Source: Takakia lepidozioides (lineage: Eukaryota > Plantae > Bryophyta). Taken from it: DNA of 64,000 bases. The DNA lies in NCBI GenBank assembly GCA_030704615.1, contig CM060734.1, positions 41,726,001 through 41,790,000 of the forward strand, in the 5' to 3' direction. Below, piece after piece: positions 50,569-64,000 of this stretch. The position numbers and the translations under genes were made by a program. How positions within the stretch are numbered: the first letter of the stretch is position 1; each line of letters opens with the position of its first letter. The notes under the pieces are model-generated. The model worked only from the letters and a program-made list of their open reading frames with translations, was not told the origin of the DNA and ran no database searches.

Positions 50569-53189
50569 TTTTGTTTTCGTCGACTCCACCGTGCCCTCTC
50601 CAGTCCTCGAATTAAGTTTGTGGACTCAGTGAGCTAGGTGCAAAGTTGCACAGGAATCTAGAGTCAAAGAATAAGAAACTGATTGAAGCTCATGTATGAC
50701 AATCCTGAAATTCATGAACTTTAGCGGGAAGACGATATTACCGCACACACCCACCTGTTCAACCACCTAGATGCATCCAGAGAAACTAGTAAGGCAGATC
50801 CATGCAGCACAGTGCAGTTTCCATTGTCAAAGGCAACAACCCCAGGAACCCCCAGGAAGAACATACTTTAGCGCAGCGCAGTTTCCCTTGTCGAGAGAGA
50901 TGGTGAAGTTGTGGTGCGGTAGATCCCCTTGAGCATGTTTTGTAACGTGCTCTCGATCCCTCAAGTCCTGCGCACATGGAAAATGCATGGCGGATCGGCT
51001 TCAAAAAAGGGCTGCGGGTCAGCCATTGACACCGCACTGATACCAGCTCGGTCGCTCCCATAAGATAAGATAAACATCTGAGCTCACATAAGATAAACAC
51101 TCATGAGTGGCTAGCCGGTATCGCTCCTCTTTGTAAATAGCAAATTCTAGGACTGACTCATGTCTATGACCTTGGGGAATTGCTTGATGGTCAAATCAAA
51201 GGGGAGACTTCTTTGGGGAGAGGAGGAGCAATCGCTTGGGATATGGGTAGGTGCCAAATTTGTTTGTGGGCAATTTGTAGCAAGAAGAGAGCTAAAGGCC
51301 CTCTTACACCAACAATCATCGACAATTGACTATTTTGGATGAGTGGTCGCGTTCATGACCTTCCAAATATAACCCTAGCATTGATTCCCTCTCCATGATT
51401 AAGGTCATGGAGTTTGCTTGCCACGTACGTCTCTAAGTTAGTCTCTACCGTTCACTGTTATATGTGCACAGCAACGTGCAAGCTAACACATTCTCTTTAG
51501 CCCAGTGGTTGGGTATTTGTGCCTCTGCATATCCTGGATCACAATGACCTTTCCAATGAAAAGCTTCTCCATTTTCTTGGTAAAGAGCCTGATTTATGCT
51601 ACAAGCTGTTTTGGTTTTTGAATAGTTTATCTGGAACGAGTGACAAAGAAGATGGCACTGTGTTATTCAGAGCTGGTATGCATTAACACTCCCTATTGTA
51701 AAGCTTACTACTTACTGTGATGAGGGCAGTGACTGTGGTGGAAAGGAAAGAGACGACCGGTATGCTGCGGTGGGTGAGTCGCTGATGGGTAGCTGATCAG
51801 CCTTGCTCGCATCCTCATGGGCGTTCTACTTGAGGGATGATTCGGCCTTGGGAGCAGGGGCGAGGCCTGCTGACAGGCGGACTGCTTTACTCTAGACACA
51901 ATTGCTTCAAAAAATCTAGGAGCTCGACCACCGACTTGGGTGGCGCTCTCTCCGGGCAGCAAGCAGTCATCACCCATCTCCAGGTTCTTTTCCTATTGAA
52001 CACCTGGACCCACTTCGGGCAGATTAGCTTTAACTGCAGAGCGATTTAAAGGATTGTCCAAAAGGAAGCTATCATGAAGGCCAACCGATATGATGAACAG
52101 AGGCAACGATTACAATACAGAATATCCTCATCGTCCTCTTCTCCTCTGCAATTTTGTTTCTCTATCAGCCCACACTGTCTTGCATGTACGGGAATTGCTC
52201 TTTCCCCAAGGCAGACCGGTTGAATGTACAAATTAATGTCACTCATCATGTTGGCCTGCAGAGGGATCTGCCTGCAGCGTATAGGAAAAAATCTAAGATG
52301 GAGCATGGGAGTGTGACCAATCTGCGGAGGTGTAAGGTTGACACCTCCAAAGTGGTGGATGCTCTACTACCATGGAGTAGTCCCCCCTACATGGGACCGA
52401 GATCTACAGACCTCCTACACACACCTGAGGAGAAACTGTGTAAACATGGCACCGGCGGGTGGAGCGATGGACCCATGCCACGGGACTGTCCTCCCCTCCT
52501 TACCACGTAGCGAGGTATTCTCCTCCTCCACTCATCCATTCTGTTTCAATCCAGATTTCTCTCAAGGACACCTTACTCAGAACATATACGGATTATCGAT
52601 GCTGTAGTGCTGCTAGAAAAGTCATTGCTGCCTCCTGCACATCTTCCAGATGTGATTACCTTGCAAGTCTTGTGTATTAACAACTCCCCTCCAAGATTAT
52701 GCTACGAAGTCCTCTCTCATAACCCTCTCTCTCAGTATACCCATCAGTAACACCAAATAAACTGTGCTATCTCACCATCACCTCTACCTCACAGACTCTG
52801 CACAACATAATTATATCTATGATCACTCTATACTACATCCATCTCGATCTCCAAAATATGACCTCATCAAATCGGAAGTCTTTGACCTGCAACTTACATT
52901 ACTGGCCCATGCAAGCAATACCCTCAATATAATCCAGGCTGTCCTATCTATTACAATGCTATCCACACCACTCCGCAGAGACATCATGGACTTGCTCCCA
53001 AACTGGATAGTCAATATACAAATTTCAGCTACAATTCTCCCCACAGCGTACTGCTCCAAGCATGAATACATTGTTGATATGCATACTGGCACCGTCGGAA
53101 CAAAAAACCGGCCACCACAGGCCACACTCCATGGAGATATATATCCGGACCATAATGCTAATCCGAGCAACACTTGGGTTTTATCTAGA

Positions 53190-53508
53190 GTAGTTGGAAT
53201 TTGTAAGTGCCGTCGCTATGCTTTGGCCTCCAGTAGATCAGAGCACAACGAGTCATCTTGTACATACATGAAAGGATAGAAAAACGGGGGGCTCCATCCG
53301 AAGTCAGAGTGTTCAAGACTTGGGAAATGAATCGAACCAGCTGTACTCACATCCGTCAAAGGTCGGGCATCCAGGAGAAAGATCCATTTTCCTTTTCCTT
53401 TCTCCATCATGGTCAAAAGAGACCTAATGTGTTCACTAGTCAAATCTGCAATTGACTTGTGCAGCAGGTTTGCAGCATATGAAATTCCATTTCCCAAAAG
53501 CTTTCTCA
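53190..53508 (-). pseudogene. 3' piece of a duplicated BAHD gene
   Basis: Near-identical to ~48830-49128 (..LLGNGISYAANLLHK...DFGWS). Confidence 0.9.
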
Positions 53509-53529
53509 TTGTCTCTGTGTGTGCTGCAG

Positions 53530-53960
53530 GCAGGGACATTTTTGGACCAAACTGCAGAGGTGGTGAAGTATAGTGATTTTGTGAACAAGGAACTTATCCT
53601 CTTCTCTATGGCTGATTTATCAACATCAATCCCATCCATGGTAGATGGGCTGAAGCCTGGCCAGCGCAAAATTCGTTTTTGCTGCTTCAAGCGCAACTTT
53701 GTGATAAGGTTGTCCTGCACCCATGGTCTTGCCAAGTTACTGGCATCGTATTGGGGTGAAGGTTTCCCTTTCAGCATATTGTTTGTCATAAAGCTGCAGT
53801 ATGATTACTTGAGAGCTCTCAGAGTTGCTGAACTGGGTGTGCCTTTACTTACCCTGGCAGATAAAATAAGGTGTTCATTATGTTTTACTGCACATTTGAA
53901 GTATGTGCATAGTTAAAGGATGTGTTTGTTCACAGGTGGCCCAATTTTCAGGGTCACTGT
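53530..53960 (+). pseudogene. TOP2: DNA topoisomerase II gene fragment (exon plus start of next exon)
   Basis: AGTFLDQ...YSDFVNKELILFSMADL..SIPSMVDGLKPGQRKI.FC.FKRN, then ag|VAQFSG. Confidence 0.88.
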
Positions 53961-55297
53961 GTGTGAGAGAGTCTTTAGGACTTAGGTTCTATCAAACCAT
54001 CCGGGGAGAAGAACACAGGATTGGAGTCCAGAGACGAGAAGGCAGATTCACACAGAGTGAGTTCCTTAGCAACTCATTCGGGTTTCAGGGAAAAAGAATT
54101 ATATTTGATGGCTCCAGCAAATACGTACAAATTCTCATTGGATTTCGTCGGTTTTTAACAGCGATGACTATTCGTTTAGGTATTCCCGTCAAGCCAGAAG
54201 GGGCATAGCTTCAATTATCAAATAAAAAATATTTAGGAAATCGGCGGGCATTCTTAAAAGAGACTACCTGGAACCTGACTTCATAAAGATCGTTGTTTCC
54301 TCTCCCCAGGGTGGGGCACATCATGGGGAGCAGAGTTTGGCCAGCGCCATCATTGGTGTTGAAGCCCACATAATGTCTGTGTTCATGACAGACTCTGTGA
54401 AACTATTTGTCTCAGGGAATCCCCTACTATCCTGCATGTTGTGTGGCCCTCATTACCTTTTTATTGCTTCATAATGCTCACCAGGAGGAGAGGTTTTATG
54501 TGTTATAAACCATTAAATTATTATTTTTAAAAATAATTATCCACAACCGGAAATTATCCATACCCTCAGGCTATATTTTGGCATATATAGCCTTATATAG
54601 AATGTGGAAAGTTAATTTATCCATACCCGGAGCGCAAATAAATTCTTGAGATTTCAATTTATCCATACCCGGAGGGTAAATGATTTGACAAAAATAAATC
54701 ACTTATACCCTAAGGGTATATTGAAATCAATGTACCCGCCCAACACTGGTATGGTGATGTGTCTATTTGGACGTGACAATATTGTACAATGTTTGTTAGA
54801 GTACAATAAAGGCTAGAATAGGTTTGGGCTACATATCTCATTTGGGCATCGGATAATTAGTAATTATAGAGCATGTTGAAAAGTGGTTGGACGTGTTGTG
54901 TAGCATATATATAAATGACGCTAGCGTAACAAGTATTTAGACTCTCACATGATCAAGGGCATCTACCGCACCACAACTTCACCATCTCTCTTGACAAGAA
55001 ACTGCGCTGCGCTAAAGTATGTTCTTCCTGAAATTCATGAACTTTAGCGGGAAGAGGATACTGCACACTGCACACCCACGTGTTCAACCATCTAGAAGCA
55101 TCCAGAGAAACTAGTAAGGCGGATCCATGTAGCTCCACACTGCAGTTTCCATTGTCAAAGGCAATATTGTCTACTTGACCTTCAATCAGTTTCTTATTCT
55201 TTGACTCTAGATTCCTGTCCAACTTGCACCTCGCTCACTGAGTCCACAAACTGTCGAGGGCTGGAGACAGGCCCGGTGGAGTCGACGAAAACTAAAA

Positions 55298-56607
55298 TGG
55301 AAGTGGAAGTGACTATCCTATCGACAACCTTGGTGGCTCCAACGCCTCGTCCTAGCCAAGAGTTCCAGCGGTTGCCACTTACCAGCTTTGATCTCCGCAT
55401 GCTAAAACTTCCTCCCATGAAACGTCTCTTCCTGTTCGACGCGAATGGCCAATGAAGACCTCATCGTGGAGCAGGTCAGTGAAACACTAAGGGAGAGTCT
55501 CTCAAGAGCGTTGGCAGAGTACTACCCATTTGCTGATCCGTACCTTCCGAACCTTTAATTCTGCTGCAAAGAAGGTACTTGGATAGAGAAATGATGTCTT
55601 AAAGGTAGACAGCATACAGCACAAAGGAACTCTCCCTCAAACGGAATTTGTCATGGAGTACTCATGAAGATGTTCGCACAATATTTCATTTCATCTGCCA
55701 GAGCAGAGTAACAAGAGCTTAGTCAAGATTGAGTCTAGAATTATTTTTGATAGTTTGAGAGGGGTTTGAGAGCTCCAATTAGCTAAGTACTAAAACATGT
55801 TCCGCAGTAAGCGACCTGCACTCTCCAGGACTGCAAACCTGCAAGAAGAAACGCTTGAGCTAAGCGATGACAAGGCGGAGAGAATCTGTTTGTACGGTTA
55901 ACTAACTAGTAGTCTCTCATTGCTATTGACTTCGGAAAGGCTCGTTAACAACGCAGGGGAGACCGCGGTTAATTATGTGCAGGAAGGTTTGTACAGGAGG
56001 AAGATGGGGAGGCAGTCATCAACTGTAACAACGAAGGGGTGGAGTTTATTGAGGCTTCAGCTCCTATGATCTCTGTGCAGGAGCTGAAGAATTACATCAT
56101 GGCTTCCACCTATCAACACTTTGCTCAATCAATTCCCTTCAAATTTCAGGACTTCCAGGGATCTTGTAGCGGCCCTCTCTTCGGTGCCCAGGTCAGCTTC
56201 CTCTACACGTCATCTCCGCATCACTTCATAGTTTTTATTTTAGATGTCAAGGTGATGAATGAGTGCAATTAATAGTATGTGTAATTAGCTTAGCAATCTT
56301 CAATGCAGATGTGACCCAATTCGAGTTTATGCATGAAATCCACTCTCTTTGAAATATGCAGGTCACCCATCTCAAGTGCAGCGGCTATGCAATCGGCTAT
56401 GCCTACTTCCATGCAATTGCAGATGGAGCAACGGTGTGGAAATTTATGAAGTCGTGGGCAGAGGCTGCTCGTGGGGAACCGATCTCCCTTCCTCCCAGTT
56501 TGAGCTCACGAGCGAATGTAATCAAATTGGCATCAGAGTCAGTGATGAGTGCGCATGTCTGGAGGGCCATTACCCGGGCTCGATTGCTTGGAGATATGGA
56601 GGAGACT
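55298..56607 (+). pseudogene. 5' piece of the duplicated BAHD gene (frameshift, internal deletion, truncated)
   Basis: Reverse complement of ~49225-50568; frameshift near 55445-55460; ~216 bp in-frame deletion with AGTG microhomology (SESV|MSAHVWR); extra sequence in intron 1. Confidence 0.92.
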
Positions 56608-56714
56608 TGGGGAACACTTCAATTCAACTTACAAGAACATGACAATGAATCCACTGTCACGAGACCCTGCCATTGCCATGTCCTCAAGTCATACTTATGA
56701 ATTAGTAAAATATG

Positions 56715-57375
56715 CACCTCATAGTGCCGCAGCCAGGTCTTGCGAGCTTCCGCTTTCTTTTTGCTGAAGGCCATCGCAATTGCATCACCATCCACTTGAC
56801 TCTCCCATTGGAAATCCTTTGTGTCTTGCCAATTCACGGAAGCATTCTTTGTCCTCTGTTGCAGTACTGGTACCCAGACCCTGTCACCGAGACAGCTTTC
56901 AGATACCTTTCACTTTGAATGGAACAAACCACCCAAAAGCTGCTCTGCACAGCATGGAAGGTATTCTTCACCCAGCAGTCTCATCAGCTTCAGTATGCCA
57001 TGACATTTTGTTCCACGACTGAGGAAAAACACTTGGAGAAACTCTAATCAGTATTTGTCCTGCAACACCTTTTCGCTGCTTACCGTGAAGAAGCATTGAT
57101 GCCCCAGGAAAACTGCTTCAGCTGTACGATGAATACACCTCCTCAGATGGAATAGTGACAGCAGATTTGGTGGACCTCCTACAGCTTGTGCAACGAGGAA
57201 TTCATTGATATAACATGTTTGAAATGTAACAGCTACAGTTTAGGGCCATATCAACATACCTTTATAATACTTTATGGTCCACCCTTCTGTTTGACCTGCA
57301 AGCTGCAACTCTTTCCAGGAGTCGTATTGAGGCATGGTACAGAAAGATAGCACTCCCTTGCTTTTGTGAGTTGCC
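56715..57375 (-). pseudogene. TOP2: DNA topoisomerase II gene fragment (two upstream exons with intron)
   Basis: ATHKSKGVLSFCTMPQYDSWKE...GWTIKYYK|GLGTST..E.KE.F...HTKDF...DGDAIAMAFSKKKAEARKTWLRHYE|gt. Confidence 0.88.
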
Positions 57376-57989
57376 TGCACCCATCAACAAGTTCAAATCA
57401 GCTTCACCAAACAACAAGCAAAGAAAAACTGCCCGGAACTTCAAAACTCCGGAACTTAATCTGGTGGGAAGAACCACGTACCTTTCGAAGTGAAAAAATA
57501 TCTCATAATAGCTGGCCGAGCCAAAAGCCCAGGCCCTTTTGGGGCCTAGTTATTGGGCAGATTGATGCTTGTATTAAGGGGTTTCTAGAGGATATCTGAA
57601 AAGCTCGGATCAACTTTCTGTTCCAAGGTAAGTCACTACCGGCGTCAGCCCCTGACATAGGTAGTTTCTGTCCCTTTGTGTTCCGCTCAAACTGAACGCG
57701 GACTCAATGGCCACAAGTCTACGGCAAACAATGTCTTATGAGTACATTCTCGCTCTCTTACATGGCTATAAGACTATGGCCAGCAAAGTCTAAGGACCAT
57801 TCTGCCTTTCTCAAAGCCCCAACCAACAAATCAGATTGTGATTATGAGACAAGTCCACAATGAGATTGAGACTTCACTAAAATCAATCCCCTTTGACCTT
57901 CCTGCTTTCTCCTCCCTCTGTGTATTGATGACAGAGTGTTTCAACCTAAAATCCTACCACATATCCTCTCCATATGAATGTAGTCTGAA

Positions 57990-58585
57990 GGAAGTGACCT
58001 CACTTTCACAACAGATGCCCCACTGGCATATTTCTTGCCCAACTTCTTGGAAGCATCACTCCTGCAGAACAAATTGGCAACTATCATGATGGTCACGCAC
58101 TTGCGCTTGTCGCGCACTATCTTCTCAACCACCACCTCTGGTTTTTCCTGCACACTCTCTATAACTAAAAGAAGATGAAAAACAGAACTGTAGATATTGA
58201 TAGAGGCAGTACCAGTTCGTACATTCTGGAAAGTAGTTGAATACGATCCATCCACAGCAAGCTGAGATAAGGGATGCCCTATCCACTCTTGTTATCCATT
58301 GTCAACTTTTCAAGAATAGCATCAGCATTTAGGGCACAAAGCAACTTATGTAAGTACTTTATGGAAGCAGATACCATACCAATCTTTGGGCACCGTGCCA
58401 ATGTTTGCTGGACACAGATTTGGCTAAATACAAGTTCGCAAATATTTAGTGGAGGGTGCAGAATATACTCACCAAACATGTCAAGGCCTTTGACGTGATT
58501 TTATATAAAGGGCCCAGTACTAAGCCAACCTACAGTCTATGAGTCTAGAAAGTTACCTTCTTCTTCACCTTGCCCCCTAGCAGCC
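57990..58585 (-). pseudogene. DENR/TMA22 (SUI1-domain translation factor) gene fragment
   Basis: GKVKKK|gt..ag|EKPEVVVEKIVRDKRKCVT...SDASKKLGKKYASGASVVK|gt matches the plant TMA22/DENR C-terminal region from memory; the middle portion is altered. Confidence 0.72.
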
Positions 58586-59674
58586 TGTAGAGAAACAAGA
58601 AACAATAAAAAGGGCAGAGAGGATGTACTCATGAGATGTTTGTTGTAGCCATATCCAGGCCATAGACCCTGTGCCCAGTTTGGGTGGAACAAGAGCGAAC
58701 AGACACTACCTTTCACTCCAGTGGTAGGACTTAACATTTATATAAACAATTAGGTCAGGCTGTCCAGATCCAGATCTAGAAAACCCTTCACACAAGCATT
58801 AATCTGATGTGTGTGAGCTGCCCAGCAAGTAAACCCCAACATGGCCAGGGCTTCAGGCTCAGCCTCGAGATTTTGAAAGTGGGTGAATAGAGGTGCAGGG
58901 ACTATGCTCTTGATGGTCCTGAAGAGGGTTACTCTCTGATGAGAATACCCCGGACAACGTATCAGAAAATGAAGAGCCTTCAGGCCGCCTGCACATTGCT
59001 CATTGACAATCTCCCTTTCCACTCTGCATAAGCTAGACTCCCTGCCCTGATTTTAAATTTCAGTCTAGTGCTGAGGGCAGGTAGGCCCTTCAGCTCATCC
59101 TTAAGCTGATGCACGAAGAATGTCCAAACAAAACAAAGTTACGCATGTCACAAACTGGAAACAAGTTCAGGGAAGTTTTATGCTTAACTTTGTGCATCAC
59201 CATCTACTTCACCCTCCCATATGTTATTGGCAGATATTCTCAGCCTGCATAACTCCTGACCCTCATAACTCTCAGGTGCTCACTTCCCCACTATGATAGA
59301 TAAGCCTGCTAAGCCCTTAAACATAATGCAGGTTCTCAGCCGTCTTAGAACCTTCCTTCATCAATCACCGATTCCTCATGAAGCTGTCAGCGGCCCTTCC
59401 TTGGGCTGTGGCAGCTCTCTTTCGAACCAAGTCCAATGAGCACGACGACAGACGAAAAGGCCAGCCTCTATCTATCCTCTATGCAGACTATGGATGGATG
59501 ATATTTCTATCATCCGTTTGGACTGGTATAAACAACACATGAAGCCCAACCTTGAAACCCTAATCGCAGTGAGCTTCACAATTTGAGAGAGAACCAGGTA
59601 GAGATCGAAGAGTGGTGTGGTAATTGTGAGAGCGACTACCTTCGCAAGTTCGTGTGCTTCATCAAACTCTCAAG

Positions 59675-62600
59675 ATGGTGTTGGAGGTAATCATCTAGGG
59701 CTTAGGTTGGTTCAGCACTCCCCATGGATTGTCATGCCATGGCCCTCTGTTATGTGGTGCGTAACGACTGTGGGCCTCATGAAAGAGGAAAGAAATGAAA
59801 TGAAATGGTACTCTATAACATCCGAGACTAAGCTTGTGTCATGGATGTGGGCGCAGGCGACAGTTATCTGCATTGATAACTCTGAGTGGATGCGCAATGG
59901 GGACTATCCTCCTACCCGCTTCCAAGCGCAAGCTGATGCTGTTAACCTAATCTGCGGGGCAAAAACGCAGGTATGTCCATAGCTAAGGAATATTTGGAGG
60001 AGAGCAAGGTTTCAAAGTTATATAAGTAAGAAAGGTCATCAGGAATGCATAACGGTAGTTTGATAGTGCAGGCTTTTGTTATGATACAACGGAGAATTGT
60101 GATCTGCAACCTAGTCTCTTGAGTGTAAGTAAGGAGTGAAATTTTGTGCTTTGGTGGATGGCCGACAGTCAAATCCGGAGAACACTGTGGGTGTGCTTAC
60201 TATGGCGGGGAAGGGCCCACGTGTGCTAGTCACCCCCACGAATGACCTAGGGAAGATCCTTCAAGCATTACATGGTAATTTTCGAACAATCTTGAAAGTT
60301 TTCTAGGAGCTTGCGTTTGTGCATTATGATTTATGTCAATTGAACACTATTCTTCTGGAGCCAGGCTATGGTTGTAGAGCACTGGCGCTGTCATGAAGTC
60401 TCTATGCAAAGGAGGCCAGATTCCTTCATTGTAACTGTCGTTGAAATGATATATGATTGCATAATATAGTGACATTGTTGGGACTGTCACAGGTTTAGAA
60501 GTTGGTGGTGAGATGAACTTGACCTCAGGGGTACAAGTGGCCCAGCTAGCTTTGAAGCATCGGCAAAATAAGCACCAACGTCAACGTATTGTGCTCTTTG
60601 CTGGCAGGTATTTTGGACTACTCTGCGGCAGTTCATACTAGTGTATGTAGAGTTATTTCCTTCCCTTATTAATTTCAGTGAGTTTATAATTTTACTGAGA
60701 AAAAAATATGGTATGTGCAGCCCAGTTGCAGCAGACAAGGTGCTGTTGGAAGGGATTGGGAAGAAGCTGAAGAAGAATAATGTGGCACTTGACATTGTGA
60801 GCTTTGGGGAGGAGGACGATGACAAAGGAGAGAAGCTTGATGCTCTGTTGGGTGCTGTCAACAGCAATGAAAATAGCCATATTGTGCATATTCCAGGGGG
60901 ACAAACTGTTCTGTCTGATGTGTTGATCAGGTCAGTCAAGGCACGTTCGAGATGACCAGTTGATAAGTCTGAGGTTTGATATGTCAGCAGTGGGAGGCTG
61001 TGACTGTGCTTCCTTGTTTGATGGTTGTCTCTGTTGTCTGTTGCTAACAGGATTTTTGTATTCTAACAATCATAAAGTCTCCTTAGCATGTGCATCTAGA
61101 GCTTGGATGGAAAGCCTAATGTTGCTCTTCCCATTAGATAATGTGGCTAGTGTTGCCTAACAGACTTTATTTTGCTGAGAAAAGCAAATCCTTGTCTGCC
61201 CTGTATATTGCCTATACTGTAATCTGATGCAGAAATATTCTAAGGTCTTGTAAACTTCACTGCATACTGCAGTTCCTCCATTTTCACAGGGGATGGAGAA
61301 GGCGGCAGTGGATTTGCTGCAGCTGCGGCAGCTGGGGCAGCTGCAGCCGCCGCCGCAGCTGCCGGGGGTGGGGGTGCTTTTGAGTTTGGGGTGGACCCAA
61401 ACTTGGACCCTGAGCTGGCTCTGGCACTGAGGGTCTCAATGGAGGAGGAGCGGGCACGGCAGGAAGCAGCTTCCAAGAGGGCTGCAGACGAGGCTTCGAC
61501 CAAAGATGGGCAGGAGCTTGGAGAGACCTCAGGGGCTGCTTCCACGGACGTGGCCATGTCCGATGCAATTTCTGGGGAGGGCAAGGGCCCTGAGCTCATG
61601 GTGAGTATCACGGCACCTATGTTTTGAAATGAATTGTAGAGTCTTGTTAGTACATGGTCTGAATAATGGCACGGCCAATTCAAATGAAAGTTGCAAGAGA
61701 GGTTTCTCTTTTGTATCTTTTTGTCCATCCTAAATCTCCATCCCACCAAAACAAAAGCAAGTAAGGTGGGATGTGAACCTGCAAACCAGCAACAAATCAA
61801 CTTCCAAAATGCCTGCCAATCAAACCACTGCGTCTTCTCATTTTTCTTCACTCATTGCAGGACGTTGAGACAGCATTGTTGGAGCAGGCATTGGCCATGT
61901 CAATGGCACAGGCTGCAGCAGCAGCTGCTGCTACAGGGCACGTTGCAGGAGACACCCCCATGGCAGAGTCTGGTGGGGATGACCAAGACCTTGCTTTCGG
62001 TATGCATGCTACCAACTATGTTCAACTCTCTGTGGTATCCAGTTAGCCAGAAGTACCACCTATAACTTTGTCGATCATGAAGTTGTCGATAAGCTTTCAT
62101 TGAGTCTAGTACAGTCCTGGTATTGAAAATTCCGAGGTTTCATGGTATGTTCATGCCTTAGGCAGGAGATTGATAAGCCCTCTCTGTTGGTCCCTGTGGG
62201 TTTCAAAGGCCGTCCTCAGATATGTGCTAATGATAAACAATGGGAGCAACAAGGAAAACTATGAAAACGAGTTCCCGTTTTGTAATCAGAGGGTATGGTG
62301 GGTGAGAGGACTCAATCCGATGTTCTCAATTGTGGAATTGAAGTCATGAATGAAGCAACTTGTACTCCAGTGCGTGGACTTAGTGGTTCTAATGAGCTTC
62401 ATGATGGGTAGCAGCCCTACAGATGTCAATGAACGATGCGGCGGCGGCGGCAGCAGCATCGGGTAGCAATACCGACATGAACAAAGTGCTCGACCAAAGC
62501 TTTGTGACCTCAGTCCTTTCTCGGGTATGTCTGCCCTCTTGTGTGAACCTATCATTGATGGATCCACATCCAGAGGAGAGTCTGTGCATCAATTTCACAT

Positions 62601-62963
62601 TATGGAAACAATTTAGTGATCTGGTCCTAATTGGACAAAAGAATGTTGGCAACGTGGGAAAGTTATTGGCATCACTGATAAATGGTAGCGTACTAACCAT
62701 TTCTTTAGAAGGAGACTGGAATTCTCTCTACATAGCTAGCCAAACTTAAGTTACTACACCTGACTGACTTGCTAAGACAATCGCTTGATATCAAGGTCCA
62801 CTGATTTGCCTGTTTAAAAGCAGTGATAATATTATTATAGTATGTGGCTCCACAGCAATTGTAGTAACATGCTTTGTGGTTGTGGCACAAGCAGCTTCCT
62901 GGTGTGGACCCCAATGATCCGTCAGTCCGGGATGTGCTGGCTTCATTGCAAGCAGAGGAAGAG
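59675..62963 (+). CDS. RPN10: 26S proteasome ubiquitin receptor RPN10 (vWA + 3 UIMs); final exon not located
   Basis: MVLE|[38 protein letters not shown]|SNPENTVG; [10 protein letters not shown]; [17 protein letters not shown]; [25 protein letters not shown]; LEQALAMSM; [11 protein letters not shown]. Confidence 0.96.
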
Positions 62964-64000
62964 GTAAGCCTTGGCTCAAGAAGACACTAATCCAACATGA
63001 ACTGAAGAGTGAGCTGTCTGAGTTTGGGGGGGGTAATAGGCTGGGTTTCCCTTTTTTCAGGTACTACTTGAGAGGAGTTTTGAAGTGCTTTTATGACCCT
63101 AGAGATAGTCTCCTCAATTCGAAAGCTGTCTCAGAATCATATGCATGTGCTAAAGGAGGAGGTAACAAATGCAGCACTGCACGTACAAGGGATCAATTTT
63201 GATAGAAGGGGTGAAGAACTGATGATATTGTTAGCCTCCGATGGTGAGAACCCTATTGTGGAGAGAAGGATGGTGGGGGAGTTTGGGTGCATGATGACCT
63301 ACTGAAAGAAACCTGGAGTGCAAGGTTGGGTGTTGAGTGGACCTACAACATGGAATAGGTGTTGTCGGCAGATGTTACATAGTGATTTGAAATGGCTCTA
63401 TTACCCTGGTGATATCTTCAGAAGTATTAAGAAAAATTCGGCTGTGGTTTTCTTTGGTGTGTTCAGGAACAAGGGAAGGGGGATTCCAAGACTCAGGACA
63501 AGGAGGGCTAGAAGTTATTAGCATTTTAGAATGAGTTTCCAATGAGCTGAAGGAATGGCATAGAATGCAGCCAAATGTCCAAGCGCTGCTCACTTGCATT
63601 GGCACATGTAGTTACATCATAAATGACCCAGGCAAAAATTGGATGAGTTTTATGACCGTTTCTTTTGGAATATTTAGGAGCATGCTGCTCATAGTTTACA
63701 AGTCGGAACTGCAGCTTATTGAATGTCATTTGATGTTAATAGCACCCACTGAATGAGGTCTACTTTGGACCTCCTCTAAGAAATTTGATGGGATCTTTGG
63801 GCATTGTGCCAATGCCTGTGTTTCAACTTTCAATCAACTGCCTTCAAAAGACTGGGTTATGGGAACACCGCACTCAGCATACATCCAGTTCTTTTCTCTG
63901 AGAGGGTGGCATATTGTGAAAAGACAGCCCAGGACCTGCTCTTAATGCAAAGGCTGTGGTGGTGTGCACAGTGTGGCATTCATATGCTCATGCTGCTGTA

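Noticed and set aside
51700-53180. ORFs between the two BAHD copies
   Set aside because: No recognisable domain in any frame; likely degraded captured or TE sequence.
53452-53916. Functional BAHD-TOP2 fusion ORF (154 aa)
   Set aside because: It joins antisense BAHD sequence to a TOP2 exon across the inversion breakpoint and runs on into intron.
54530-54750. hAT-like MITE end (..TACCCGCCCAACACTG with CCATACCC repeats)
   Set aside because: Only one end is visible; no partner TIR or TSD.

Overview
Eukaryotic nuclear DNA, most likely from a non-seed land plant (inferred from GT-AG introns, PLS-type PPR genes and plant TE families). Four intron-containing host genes look intact: nicastrin (-), a TBL/PC-esterase (-), a BAHD acyltransferase (-) and proteasome subunit RPN10 (+, last exon not located). 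A PPR gene runs off the left edge. The rest is a stack of mobile DNA. (1) A ~12.7 kb Mutator-like element with ~300 bp GC-rich TIRs, a SWIM-type transposase pseudogene and a convergent large cargo gene (C2HC zinc finger, unknown domain, Ulp1/SUMO protease). Its TIRs, introns and spacers are saturated with one short motif, CAGACC/GGTCTG; this is the best candidate for an undescribed, VANDAL/VANC-like self-recognition or anti-silencing system. (2) A Pack-CACTA with TIRs and a CTT TSD carrying PPR-gene pieces. (3) A truncated CACTA with a nested hAT MITE. (4) A LINE fragment with a PCIF1/Dam-like methyltransferase remnant fused to RNase H, an architecture resembling algal Dualen/RandI. (5) A BAHD duplicate plus TOP2 and DENR gene fragments scrambled by a single ~3.1 kb inversion. 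All family assignments come from motif recognition by eye; no searches were run.
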